Assembly (NCBI GenBank): GCA_964016885.1 | Contig: OZ024757.1 | Coordinates: forward strand, 3,534,001-3,598,000 | Direction of reading: 5' to 3' | DNA: 64,000 nt | Source of the DNA: Eledone cirrhosa | Lineage: Eukaryota | Shown: positions 41,901 to 56,653 of the stretch, one piece after another | How positions within the stretch are numbered: position 1 is the stretch's first letter | How the letters are laid out: each line of letters begins with the position of its first letter | Program-made: the position numbers and the translations under genes | The notes under the pieces: model-generated | Databases searched by the model: none | What the model saw: the letters and a program-made list of their open reading frames with translations, nothing else | What the model was told of the DNA's origin: nothing

Positions 41901-44900
41901 CAAAACTACACTACACCAGACCACACCACACTACACTACACTACAGCACACCACACCACACTACACTACACTACACACACTACACTACACTACACTATAC
42001 TATACCACACCACACTACACTACACTACAATACTCTATACTACACCAGACCACACTACACTACACCACACCACACGGGACTACACCACACTACGCAATAC
42101 CACACTACACTACACCATACCACACTACACTACACCACACTACACTACCCCTCACAACAACACACTACACTACACTACACCTCACAACACCACACTACAC
42201 TATGCTACACTACACTACACATCACAACACCACACTACACTACACTACACTACACTACACTACACTACACTACACTACACTTGACCACACTACTCTACAC
42301 TACACCACACTGCACCACACCATACCACATTAAACCACACCACACTACACTACACCACACTACACCACACTACTCTACACTACTCTACACCACACTTCAC
42401 CACACCACAGAACACTACACTACACCACACTACTCTACACTATAGCACACTACACCACACCACACCACACTAAATTACACTACACTACAATACACTAAAC
42501 TACACCAGACTACTCCGCACTACACTACACTACACCACACCACACTACACTACACCACACTACTCTACACCATACCACAGCACACTACACTACACTACAC
42601 CACACCACACTACACCACATCAACACTACACTACACCACACCACACTACACCAACACCACACTACACCACACAACACCAGGCTACACTACACCACGCCAC
42701 ATTACACTACATCACACCACACTACACACCACACCACACCACACTACACTACACCATAGCACACCACACCACACTACACCACACCACACTACAGCACACT
42801 ACACTACACTACACTACACCAGACCACACAACACTACACTACACTATACCACACCTCACCACACTACACTACAATACTCTATACTACACCACACCGCACT
42901 ACACTACACCACACCACAAGACACTACACCACACTACACAATACCACACTACACTACACCATACCACACTACACCACACTACACCACACTACATTATACA
43001 ACACTATACTACACCACACTACTCTACACTACACCACACTACACCACACCACACCACACCACAACACACTACACCATACCAAACCACAGCACACCCCACC
43101 ACACTACACTACACCACAACACACCACACTACACCACACCACAGAACACTACACTACACCACACTACTCTACACTATAGCACACTACACCACACCACACT
43201 AAATTACACTACACTACAATACACTAAACTACACCAGACTACTCCGCACTACACTACACTACACCACACCACACTACACTACACCACACTACTCTACACC
43301 ATACCACAGCACACTACACTACACTACACCACACCACACTACACCACATCAACACTACACTACACCACACCACACTACACCAACACCACACTACACCACA
43401 CAACACCAGGCTACACTACACTACACCACACCACATTACACTACATCACACCACACTACACACCACACCACACCACACTACACTACACCATAGCACACCA
43501 CACCACACTACACCACACCACACTACAGCACACTACACTACACTACACTACACCAGACCACACAACACTACACTACACTATACCACACCTCACCACACTA
43601 CACTACAATACTCTATACTACACCACACCGCACTACACTACACCACACCACAAGACACTACACCACACTACACAATACCACACTACACTACACCATACCA
43701 CACTACACCACACTACACCACACTACATTATACAACACTATACTACACCACACTACTCTACACTACACCACACTACACCACACTACACCACACCACAACA
43801 CACTACACCATACCAAACCACACCACACCCCACCACACTACACTACACCACAACACACCACACTACACCACACCACACTACACTACACGACAACACGCCA
43901 CACCGCACCACAACACACCACACCACAACACACCACACCTCACCACGCTACACCACACTACACCATACCAAAATACACCACAACACACCACACCACACTA
44001 CACCACAACACACCACACCACAACAGACCACAACACACCACACACCACACCACCACACTATACCACACACCACACCACAACACACCACACCACACCACAA
44101 CACACTACACAACACCCCACACCTCCACACTATACCACACACCACACCACAACACACCACAACCACACTACACTACAATACTCTATACTACACCACACCA
44201 CACTACACTACACTACACCACACCACACTACACCACACTACGCAATACCACACTACACTACACCATACCACACTATACTACACCATACCACACTACACTA
44301 CACCACACTACACTACACTACACCACACTACACTACACCTCACAACACCACACTACACTACACTACACTACACCACACTACACTACACCTCACAACACCA
44401 CACCACACTACACTACACTACACTACACTACACTACACTACACTACACTACACTACACTACACTACACTACACTACACTACACTACACTACACTACACCA
44501 CACTACACTATGCTACACTACACTTCACCTCACAACACCACACTACACTACACTACACTACACTACACTACACCACACCACACCACACCACACTACACTA
44601 CACCACACTACACCTCACAACACTACACTACACTACACTACACTACACTACACTACACTACACTACACTACACCACAACACACCACAGCACAACAGACCA
44701 CAACACACCACACACCACACCACCACACTCTACCACACACCACACCACAACACACCACACCACACCACACCACAACACACGACACAACACCCCACACCAC
44801 CACACTATACCACACACCACACCTCAACACACCACACCACACCACAACGCACCACACTGCACCACACCACACCACAACACCCCACACCACACCACAACAC

Positions 44901-47900
44901 ACCACACCACACCACACCACAACACACCACAACACACCACACCACACCATACTACACTACACCAAACTACACCACACTACATTACATTACACTACACTAC
45001 ACTACACTACACTACACTACACTACACTACACTACACTACACTACCCCACACTACACTACAATACACTACACCACACCACACCACACTACTCCACACTGC
45101 TCTACACTATACCACACTAGACCACACCACACTACACTACACTACACTACCCCACATTACACAACACTACACTACACCAGACCACACCACACTACACTAC
45201 ACTACAGCACAGCACACCACACTACACTACACTACACACACTACACTACACTACACTACACTACACTACACTACACTACACTACACTACACTACACTACA
45301 CTACACCACACCACACTACACTACAATACTCTATACTACACCACACCACACTACACTACACCACACCACACGACACTACACCATACTACACTACACCATA
45401 CCGCACTACACTACACCATACCACACTACACTACACCACACCACACTACACTACACCACACTACACTACACCTCACAACACCACACTACACTACACTACA
45501 CTACACCACACTACACTACACCTCACAACACCACACTACACTACACTACACTACACTATACTACACTACACTACACTACACTACACTACACTACACTACA
45601 CTACACTACACTACACTACACTACACTGCACTACACTACACCACACTACACTACACCTCACAACACCACACTACACTATGCTACACTACACTTCACCTCA
45701 CAACACCACACTACACTACACTACACTACACTACACCACACCACACCACACTACACTACACCACACTACACTACACCTCACAACACTACACTACACTACA
45801 CTACACTACACTACACTACACTACACTACACTACACTACACTACACTACACTACACCACACTACTCTACACTATACTACACCACACTACTCTACACTGCA
45901 CCATACTACACCCCACTACACTACACCACACTACACGACACTACACCACACCACAGAACATTACACTATACCACACTACTCTACACTACAGCACACTGCA
46001 CCACACCATACCACATTAAACCACACCACACTACTCTACACCACACTACACCACACACCACACCAAACTAAATTACACTACACGACAATACACTAAACTA
46101 CACCAGACTACTCCGCACCACACTACACTACACCACACCACACTACACTACACCACACTACTCTACACCACACCACAGCACACTACACTACACTACACCA
46201 CACCACACTACACCACATCAACCACACCACACTACACCAACACCACACTACACCAGACAACACCAGGCTACACTACACTACACCACACCACATTACACTA
46301 CATCACACCACACTACACACCACACCACACCACACTACACTACACCATAGCATACCACACCACACTACACCACACTACAGCACACCACACTAAACTACAC
46401 TACACCAGACCACACCACACTACACTACACTACAGCACACCACACCACACCACACTAGACTACACTACACACACTACACTACACTACACTACACTACACT
46501 ACACTATACCACACCACACCACACTACACTACAATACTCTATACTACACCACACCGCACTACACTACACCACACCACACGACACTACACCACACTACACA
46601 ATACCACACTACACTACACTACATTATACAACACTATACTACACCACACTACTCTACACTACACCACACTACACTACACTACACCTCACAACACCACACT
46701 ACACTACACTACACTACACTACACTACACTACACTACACTACACCTCACAACACCACACTACACTACACTACACTACACTACACTACACTACACTACACT
46801 ACACTACACTACACTACACCATACCACACCACACCACACCACAACACACTACACCATACCAAACCACACCACACCCCACCACACTACACTACACCACAAC
46901 ACACCACACTACACCACACCACAGAACACTACACTACACCACACTACTCTACACTATAGCACACTACACCACACCACACTAAATTACACTACACTACAAT
47001 ACACTAAACTACACCAGACTACTCCGCACTACACTACACTACACCACACCACACTACACTACACCACACTACTCTACACCATACCACAGCACACTACACT
47101 ACACTACACCACACCACACTACACCACATCAACACTACACTACACCACACCACACTACACCAACACCACACTACACCACACAACACCAGGCTACACTACA
47201 CTACACCACACCACATTACACTACATCACACCACACTACACACCACACCACACCACACTACACTACACCATAGCACACCACACCACACTACACCACACCA
47301 CACTACAGCACACTACACTACACTACACCAGACCACACAACACTACACTACACTATACCACACCTCACCACACTACACTACAATACTCTATACTACACCA
47401 CACCGCACTACACTACACCACACCACAAGACACTACACCACACTACACAATACCACACTACACTACACCATACCACACTACACCACACTACACCACACTA
47501 CATTATACAACACTATACTACACCACACTACTCTACACTACACCACACTACACCACACTACACCACACCACAACACACTACACCATACCAAACCACACCA
47601 CACCCCACCACACTACACTACACCACAACACACCACACTACACCACACCACACTACACTACACGACAACACGCCACACCGCACCACAACACACCACACCA
47701 CAACACACCACACCACACCACGCTACACCACACTACACCATACCAAAATACACCACAACACACCACACCACACTACACCACAACACACCACACCACAACA
47801 GACCACAACACACCACACACCACACCACCACACTATACCACACACCACACCACAACACACCACACCACACCACAACACACTACACAACACCCCACACCTC

Positions 47901-50481
47901 CACACTATACCACACACCACACCACAACACACCACAACCACACTACACTACAATACTCTATACTACACCACACCACACTACACTACACTACACCACACCA
48001 CACTACACCACACTACGCAATACCACACTACACTACACCATACCACACTATACTACACCATACCACACTACACTACACCACACTACACTACACTACACCA
48101 CACTACACTACACCTCACAACACCACACTACACTACACTACACTACACCACACTACACTACACCTCACAACACCACACTACACTACACTACACTACACTA
48201 CACTACACTACACTACACTACACTACACTACACTACACTACACTACACCACACTACACTATGCTACACTACACTTCACCTCACAACACCACACTACACTA
48301 CACTACACTACACTACACTACACCACACCACACCACACCACACTACACTACACCACACTACACCTCACAACACTACACTACACTACACTACACTACACTA
48401 CACTACACTACACCACAACACACCACAGCACAACAGACCACAACACACCACACACCACACCACCACACTCTACCACACACCACACCACAACACACCACAC
48501 CACACCACAACACACGACACAACACCCCACACCACCACACTATACCACACACCACACCTCAACACACCACACCACACCACAACGCACCACACTGCACCAC
48601 ACCACACCACAACACCCCACACCACACCACAACACACCACACCACACCACACCACAACACACCACAACACACCACACCACACCATACTACACTACACCAA
48701 ACTACACCACACTACATTACATTACACTACACTACACTACACTACACTACACTACACTACACTACACTACACTACACTACACTACCCCACACTACACTAC
48801 AATACACTACACCACACCACACCACACTACTCCACACTGCTCTACACTATACCACACTAGACCACACCACACTACACTACACTACACTACCCCACATTAC
48901 ACAACACTACACTACACCAGACCACACCACACTACACTACACTACAGCACAGCACACCACACTACACTACACTACACACACTACACTACACTACACTACA
49001 CTACACTACACTACACTACACTACACTACACTACACTACACTACACTACACTACACCACACCACACTACACTACAATACTCTATACTACACCACACCACA
49101 CTACACTACACCACACCACACGACACTACACCATACTACACTACACCATACCGCACTACACTACACCATACCACACTACACTACACCACACCACACTACA
49201 CTACACCACACTACACTACACCTCACAACACCACACTACACTACACTACACTACACCACACTACACTACACCTCACAACACCACACTACACTACACTACA
49301 CTACACTATACTACACTACACTACACTACACTACACTACACTACACTACACTACACTACACTGCACTACACTACACCACACTACACTACACCTCACAACA
49401 CCACACTACACTATGCTACACTACACTTCACCTCACAACACCACACTACACTACACTACACTACACTACACCACACCACACCACACTACACTACACCACA
49501 CTACACCTCACAACACTACACTACACTACACTACACTACACTACACTACACTACACTACACTACACTACACTACACTACACCACACTACTCTACACTATA
49601 CTACACCACACTACTCTACACTACACCATACTACACCCCACTACACTACACCACACTACACGACACTACACCACACCACAGAACATTACACTATACCACA
49701 CTACTCTACACTACACCACACTGCACCACACCATACCACATTAAACCACACCACACTACTCTACACCACACTACACCACACACCACACCAAACTAAATTA
49801 CACTACACGACAATACACTAAACTACACCAGACTACTCCGCACCACACTACACTACACCACACCACACTACACTACACCACACTACTCTACACCACACCA
49901 CAGCACACTACACTACACTACACCACACCACACTACACCACATCAACCACACCACACTACACCAACACCACACTACACCAGACAACACCAGGCTACACTA
50001 CACTACACCACACCACATTACACTACATCACACCACACTACACACCACACCACACCACACTACACTACACCATAGCATACCACACCACACTACACCACAC
50101 TACAGCACACCACACTACACTACACTACACCAGACCACACCACACTACACTACACTACAGCACACCACACCACACCACACTAGACTACACTACACACACT
50201 ACACTACACTACACTACACTACACTACACTATACCACACCACACCACACTACACTACAATACTCTATACTACACCACACCGCACTACACTACACCACACC
50301 ACACGACACTACACCACACTACACAATACCACACTACACTACACTACATTATACAACACTATACTACACCACACTACTCTACACTACACCACACTACACC
50401 ACACCACACCACACCACACCACACCACACCACACCACACCACAACACACCACACCACACCACACCACACCACACCACCACA
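29963..50481. repeat. ~20.5 kb (ACACT/ACACC)n pentamer satellite with higher-order repeats
   Basis: Continuous pentamer array. Rare variants recur at ~4.36 kb spacing (30896/35263, 32541/36898, 33721/38073) and at ~3.75 kb spacing (43948/47723, 44510/48260, 45678/49413). Confidence 0.97.
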
Positions 50482-50654
50482 CGTGTGTCATCCTTATCAT
50501 TTAGAAACATTATCATTTGTCTGAGATGGTTTTTCACACTTTTTCTTTTCTTTCCTTTGTTTTCTTGTTTCCTTTTATTTTATTTTTATGAAATTTCGTT
50601 TTCCAATATTTTAGTTCCTGTTTTTTTTTAACTTCTTCAATAAAATAATTTAAG

Positions 50655-50885
50655 TTCTCTCTCTCTCTCTCTCACACTCTCTCTCTCTCTCTCTATTCAT
50701 CTCTCCCTTCATCAATCTCTCTCCCTCTCTCTCTCCTGCCCTCTCCTTCCCTCTCTCCCCCTCTCTCACTCTCTATTCATCTCTCCCTTCATCAATCTCA
50801 CCCCTCTCTCCCTCTCTCTATTCATCTCTCCCTTCATCAACCTCTCTCTCTCCCTCCCTTTCCCACTCTCCCCCTCTCTCTCCAT
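50655..50885. repeat. (CT)-rich tract with three ctctattcatctctcccttcatcaa units
   Basis: Directly visible. Confidence 0.85.
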
Positions 50886-50983
50886 TCAGTTAAAATATTG
50901 TTTCACAGATTATTTCACGTCTTTTCAAAGAATATCCCCTCTTGTCATGAATGTTTATGAACAGTAATAATAATAATAATGAT

Positions 50984-52266
50984 TTCATTTATTAGCCACA
51001 AGGGCCTACATGTAGGGGACAATACAAAGACAGGGACAGTAGTGGGGGGTTACAATAAGGTCGAGAAAAAGTGCACAATTGCAAAGATATCAAAAATATA
51101 AAATAAACTATGCATAAATATAACAAAATAAATTCCCCCATAGGGGGTGGACGACCCAGGGGTGACTCAGGTACCCCCCAATCCTGAACCACCCTGCGTT
51201 TCTAGGGCACCCAGGGAGCGCACCCCTCTCCTCAAGTTAGCTAGCCTATAGGCGCATGGTCAGAGTAGACCCATTCACACGGGCCATTCTCGCCACATTC
51301 ATCCACCTTTTAGCAAATGTACTGGGGGGAAGCAATTCTCTCTCCACCCTCACCTTCCTTTCCAGGTGAAACTTGAAGAAGTTGATGAGGGATTGGCCGA
51401 AGAGAAAGTGTCTGTCTTCAGTCCTTTTAATCAGGTCCACCATATAACCTCTTTCGCAACGGCCACCAGACAGGAAGGCGGTGGGTCGATCTTCACTATG
51501 GACTCGGCCGATAGCCAGATCCGTTCCACACGCGACAGTAGCTGTTCGACATAACTCCACAAGTCAGTAATGCACGGACATTGGACAAGTGCGTGCAGAA
51601 CGGTTTCATCGCTCTGCGCACCTTGGGCTGTCCGTCCGACAACACTTCCGTGCCTGTAGAGTTTATCCCAATCCGGCAGTGCCCCCGGCAGCACTGCCAA
51701 GCGAGGGATTTCTGGAAATTATCCATCGTCCCCGGCTCGATAGTCCTCCGGTACAGACTGGTCAGTTCGACTTCGTCGAGGCCCAAAGCTTCTCCGAGTG
51801 CGTCATCGCACTTGCCCACCACTAATCCTTTATAGAACTCGAGAGTGGAAGTTCGACTGACCACATTGCCCGCCTGGTAGAGAGCAGTGAGTGCCTGGGA
51901 ACATTCCAGGTGCCAGTCACCCAGTCTCGGTCTCTTATTTACCCATGACTGCAGCTCAGTCAAAGAAACGAGCTGCGGAAAGGCCGTCTGATAAACGGCG
52001 ACCACACCTGTTCACCGTTTAGGCAGAATATCTGGAGATGTCGCAGCCTCAGCGCATGTTTGCGCATCATTAGCCACGGCATGCCCAGTCATCCGCGTAG
52101 AGGGTGGTGGCAGCAGATGAACCGCCTCACCAACGGAACTTGTCCTTTCCACAAGAATTTGAAGAGGAGCCGTTCCAACTTGATGAGGCGCGGACGGGGG
52201 CAAGGCACAACGGTCAGGCGGAAGTAGATGATGGACGCGATGTACGCATTCGCCACCTCCGCGCGA
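50984..52266 (-). mobile_element. Tx1/L1-clade LINE, 5'-truncated decayed copy 1
   Basis: RAEVANAYIAS...LERLLFKFLWKG, KSLAWQC, ETVLHALVQCP. 3' end GCCCTTGTGGCTAATAAA followed by (ATT)n. Confidence 0.85.
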
Positions 52267-52267
52267 C

Positions 52268-52294
52268 ATAATAATAATAATAATAATAACAGTT

Positions 52295-52355
<61 letters not shown>

Positions 52356-52399
52356 CAGGAGCAGCAGCAGTAGTAGTAGTAGTGGCAGTAGTAGTAGTA

Positions 52400-52440
<41 letters not shown>
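52268..52440. repeat. (TAA)n/(TAG)n/(CAG)n trinucleotide tract
   Basis: Directly visible between two insertions. Confidence 0.97.
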
Positions 52441-52441
<1 letters not shown>

Positions 52442-54630
52442 TGCAGGGGTATTGGATTAAACATTTAACATCCCTCCACCCGAAGCTGACGGCCATGTTC
52501 AATGACTGCTTGGTGTCGGGTGAGGTGCCAGAGTGGTTGACAAAAGGTACCACAGTTCTGATAATGAAAGACCGAAGCAAGGGTAATGATGTTACCAACT
52601 ATAGACCTATCACATGTCTGCCCGTAATGTGGAAACTGTTGACGAGCATTGTGTCTGAGGAAATCTACCATCACCTCCACACAAACAACTTGTTGCCGGA
52701 CGAACAGAAAGGATGCCGGAAGAAGTCACGTGGTACAAAGGACCAGTTGCTTATTGATAAGATGGTAATGGGGAATTGCAGGAAGAGACACACTGATCTT
52801 GCCATGGGATGGATAGACTACAGAAAGGCATTTGACATGGTGCCTCATTCCTGGATCACCAAAAGCCTGGAGATCTTCAGGGTGGCAGATAACATCAGAC
52901 AGTTGCTGGGCAGGAGTATGGGGTCCTGGGAGACAGAGTTGACATCAACTGGAGTATCCTTGGGAAGCGTGAAGATCAAGAGAGGTATCTTCCAGGGAGA
53001 TAGCCTGTCCCCTCTGTTGTTTGTCCTTGCCCTGATGCCCTTGACCATTATGCTGCGAAAAGTGAGAGCAGGATACAAGTTGGGAAGGGGAGAGCTTACC
53101 ATCAATCACCTCCTCTTCATGGACGATCTTAAGCTCTTCGGGAAAAGTGAGAAGGAGTTGGATGTGCTTGTTGACACTGTCCGTATTTTCAGCAGTGATA
53201 TATGTATGCAGTTTGGTATTGGTAAATGTGGAGTCATTGTGATGAGGAGGGGTAGGTTGAGCAGAAGTAACGGGATCCAGATACCAACAGGTGAGATGAT
53301 AAAGGAAATTGACTCTGAGGAAGGATACAAGTATTTGGGCGTTCTGGAGGCTGATGGCATAAAGAACAAAAAAATGAAGGAATTGTTAAGAACTGAATAC
53401 ATTCGGAGAGTAAGGAGCGTATTGAAGTCACATCTGAACAGCAGAAATGCCATAAGGGCAGTAAATTCCCGAGCTGTGTCTATTATTAGGTACAGTGCGG
53501 GAATTCTGAGATGGAATGTTGCTGAACAAAAAGAAATGGATAGGAAGACTAGGAAGCTAGTGACTATCTACAACATGTTCCACAAGAGGAGTGATGTCGA
53601 TAGACTCTACCTAAGGAGATCTGAGGGTGGAAGAGGTCTTATCAGCATAGAGGACTGTGTTCAGATGGAGAAAAACAACCTATACAAATACGTGACCTAT
53701 AGTAAGGAGCCAATGCTCAGAGCTGTACTGAAGGAGGGGACAGTAGGCCAGGGGATATCCAAGGAGGAAATAACATCAAGGAGGAAGAGCAGCCTTAAGG
53801 GAAAATCCCTTCATAGTACCTTCTTTGAGAAAACTGAATTTAGAGATCCACAGACATGGAACTGGTTGAGAAGAGGAGACCTCAAAAAGGCTACAGAAGG
53901 AATGCTAATGGCTGCGCAGGAGCAGGCCCTCAAAACGAAGTGGTTGAAGCACCATATCTACAAGGAGGAGGCTAGCCCACTGTGCAGGATCTGTGGAGAG
54001 AGAGAGGAGACTGTGGCTCACATTGTGTCCGAGTGTAAACACCTAGCCCAGACCCACTATAAGGGCTGGAGACACGATGTGATGGGCAGGGTAATCCACT
54101 GGCACCTGTGCAAAGTAAACAATCTACCACATTCTGAGAAATGGTATGAGCATAGGCCAGAGGCGGTGATGGAGAACAGTCAGGTGAAGGTGCTGTGGGA
54201 TTTTAGGATACAGACGGACAAAAAACTGGAACACAATAGACCTGACCTGGTGGTTGTGGACAAAGAAAAAAGATCGTGCCTGATTGTGGATGTGGCCTGC
54301 CCGTTCGACACGAGAGTGCAAGAGAAGGAGAGGGAGAAAATTAACCGATACCAGGACCTAAAGTGGGAGGTGAAAAGGATTTGGAATTGCCATGAAGTCA
54401 AAGTGATCCCGATTGTCATAGGCGCACTGGGGACTATCTCCAAAGGTTTCCAGGGATGGTTAAAGAAAATCGGCCCCTTCACGCTTTTTGGAACGCTTCA
54501 AAAGGCATGCTTGCTTGGAACGGCAAGAACCCTCCGATACGTCCTGAATATCTGAGGCTGCAGGTAGTGGCTTGATATTCAATCCAACGGACTTTCCAGT
54601 TAACCAACATCAATGACTGAGATTCAAGGA
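52441..54630 (+). mobile_element. Dong (R4-clade) RLE retrotransposon, 5'-truncated, uninterrupted ORF 52441-54555
   Basis: NYRPITCL, IDYRKAFDMVPH, GIFQGDSLSP, FMDD, CRIC...HIVSEC, RHD, NRPD, DVACP, EKINRY. (TAA)n on both sides. Confidence 0.95.
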
Positions 54631-54669
54631 ATAACAATAACAATAATAATAATAATAATAATAATAATA

Positions 54670-56600
54670 CCCCCGTTGTCAGGAGGTTTTTGTCATTCAG
54701 TATGAAGACATGGAAAACGACACTCCTTTTGAATAGTGAAACAAAATCACTGGAAGCTGGAGAAGTTAGTATTAATTGTGGAATTTTTCAGGGTGACTCT
54801 TTATCACCGCTTTTATTCTGCATCGCACTTATACCATTAAGTAAAATGCTCAATGAAACAAAACATGGATATAAAGTCTATGACAAAACCATTAATCACT
54901 TGTTCTACATGGATGACCTGAAACTAAGTGCAAAAAATGATGAACAATTGCAAGGGCTATTATCCACTGTGGCGCAGTTCAGTGATGACATTAAAATGGA
55001 GTTTGGACTAGATAAATACGCCAAAGCAACGTTCACCAGAGGAAAGCTGCTGAAGAGTTCAGACATTAATCTTGATCGGGGGAACGTGATAAGAGAACTT
55101 GATCAAGAAAAAACTTACAAATATCTAGGTGTTTGTGAAGGAGACGGAATCAAGCACTCGACAATGAGGGAAAGGATAAGGAAGGAATGTTACCGCAGAG
55201 TAAGAGCAATCTTAAGAACGGAATTGAATGCAAGGAATAGGATCGATGCCATAAACACGCTTGCCATACCAGTAGTAACCTACAGTTACAATGTCATCAA
55301 CTGGTCAAGCACAGAGATCCGTAGGCTCGATACAAAAATTCGAAAATTCTTAACCATGCACAGAATGTATCACCCTAAGGCAGATATAGATAGAATATAT
55401 CTCCCTATGAAAGAAGGAGGACGTGGGTTAATCCAGTTAGACATTGCGTTGAAAACTGCAACAATTGGATTATCTACATATCTAAGGGAATCACATGATT
55501 GGATGATCAAACTCGTTTTGAAACACGAAAGCATCAAAAGATCATATTCCATTACAAAAGATGCACAAAGATACAGTAATGGACTACAAATTTCAGAAGT
55601 CCCATTTACTGCTGAAATGGAAAACACAGAAAAAGCAAAGCAGGTAAAAGTAACTGCAAAGAAAGAACTGCTACAGAAACTGGCTAAGAAATGGCAAGAA
55701 AAGCCTCTGTATGGAAAATACCCAGAGCGAGCTAACAATCCTGATGTTGACAAAACTTTAACCCATCAGTGGTTGGCATCCTCTGGACTGAAATCGGAGA
55801 CTGAAGGACTGATTATATCAGCACAAGATCAGTGTCTGCCAACAAAAAATTACCAAGCCAACATAATAAAAAATGGATGCAGCCCATTATGCCGTGTATG
55901 CAAAAAACAACCAGGGACCATTGACCATATAATTTCAATGTGCAGTCCTATAGCTCCAACCGAATACCTAAACAGGCATGACAGAGCTGCACAATACATA
56001 CATTGGATAATGTGTAAGCATTTTGACCTGCCCCATCAAAAGAATTGGTGGGAGCATCAACCACCTCCCATACTTGAAAAAGATCACATCTCAATCTTGT
56101 GGAACTTTAGCATCCAAACAGACCGAAAAATAGATGCAAATAGACCTGATATAATATTGAAGGACTTTAAAAAGAGGGTATGCCTGCTAATTGATATGTC
56201 TGTTCCAATAGACAAGAATGTATCCATAAAAACATTTGAAAAATTGAGCAAGTATAAGGACCTGGAGATAGAAATTGGAAAAATGTGGAAATTGAGAACT
56301 AAAACAATACCAGTGGTTGTAGGCGCTCTGGGAATGATACCTAAGGGGTCTAATGATTACTTATCGCAAATCCCAGGAAACCCGCGTATAGGAGAAATAC
56401 AAAAGATAGTACTAATGGGAACTGCCCATATACTAAGGAAGATTCTGTCAATATAAGTACACCACAAGTCTAAACACTAAAGATGCATGTGTGAGCATGT
56501 ATGTTCTTTCTTGAACATGGCGGACCTTGTTGTCTCTTGAGGTCACTGGTTGAGACTTGGTGATAACTCGTATGAACATAAAGCAAGATAAATGCAACTG
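54670..56600 (+). mobile_element. Second Dong (R4-clade) family, 5'-truncated, uninterrupted ORF to 56456
   Basis: GIFQGDSLSP, YMDD, CRVC...HIISMC, RHD, NRPD, DMSVP, EKLSKY. (TAA)n on both sides. Confidence 0.95.
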
Positions 56601-56605
56601 TAATG

Positions 56606-56652
<47 letters not shown>
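56601..56652. repeat. (TAA)n tract
   Basis: Directly visible. Confidence 0.97.

Positions 56653-56653
<1 letters not shown>

Noticed and set aside
30896-49796. Long His/Thr/Tyr-rich ORFs (up to 814 aa) and antisense Cys/Val/Trp ORFs
   Set aside because: By-products of a stop-poor pentamer satellite, open in several frames, with no splice or domain evidence.
52228-52440. Poly-N/S N-terminus of the 775-aa ORF
   Set aside because: Chance in-frame read-through of antisense Tx1 sequence and the trinucleotide tract. The Dong sequence starts at ~52441.
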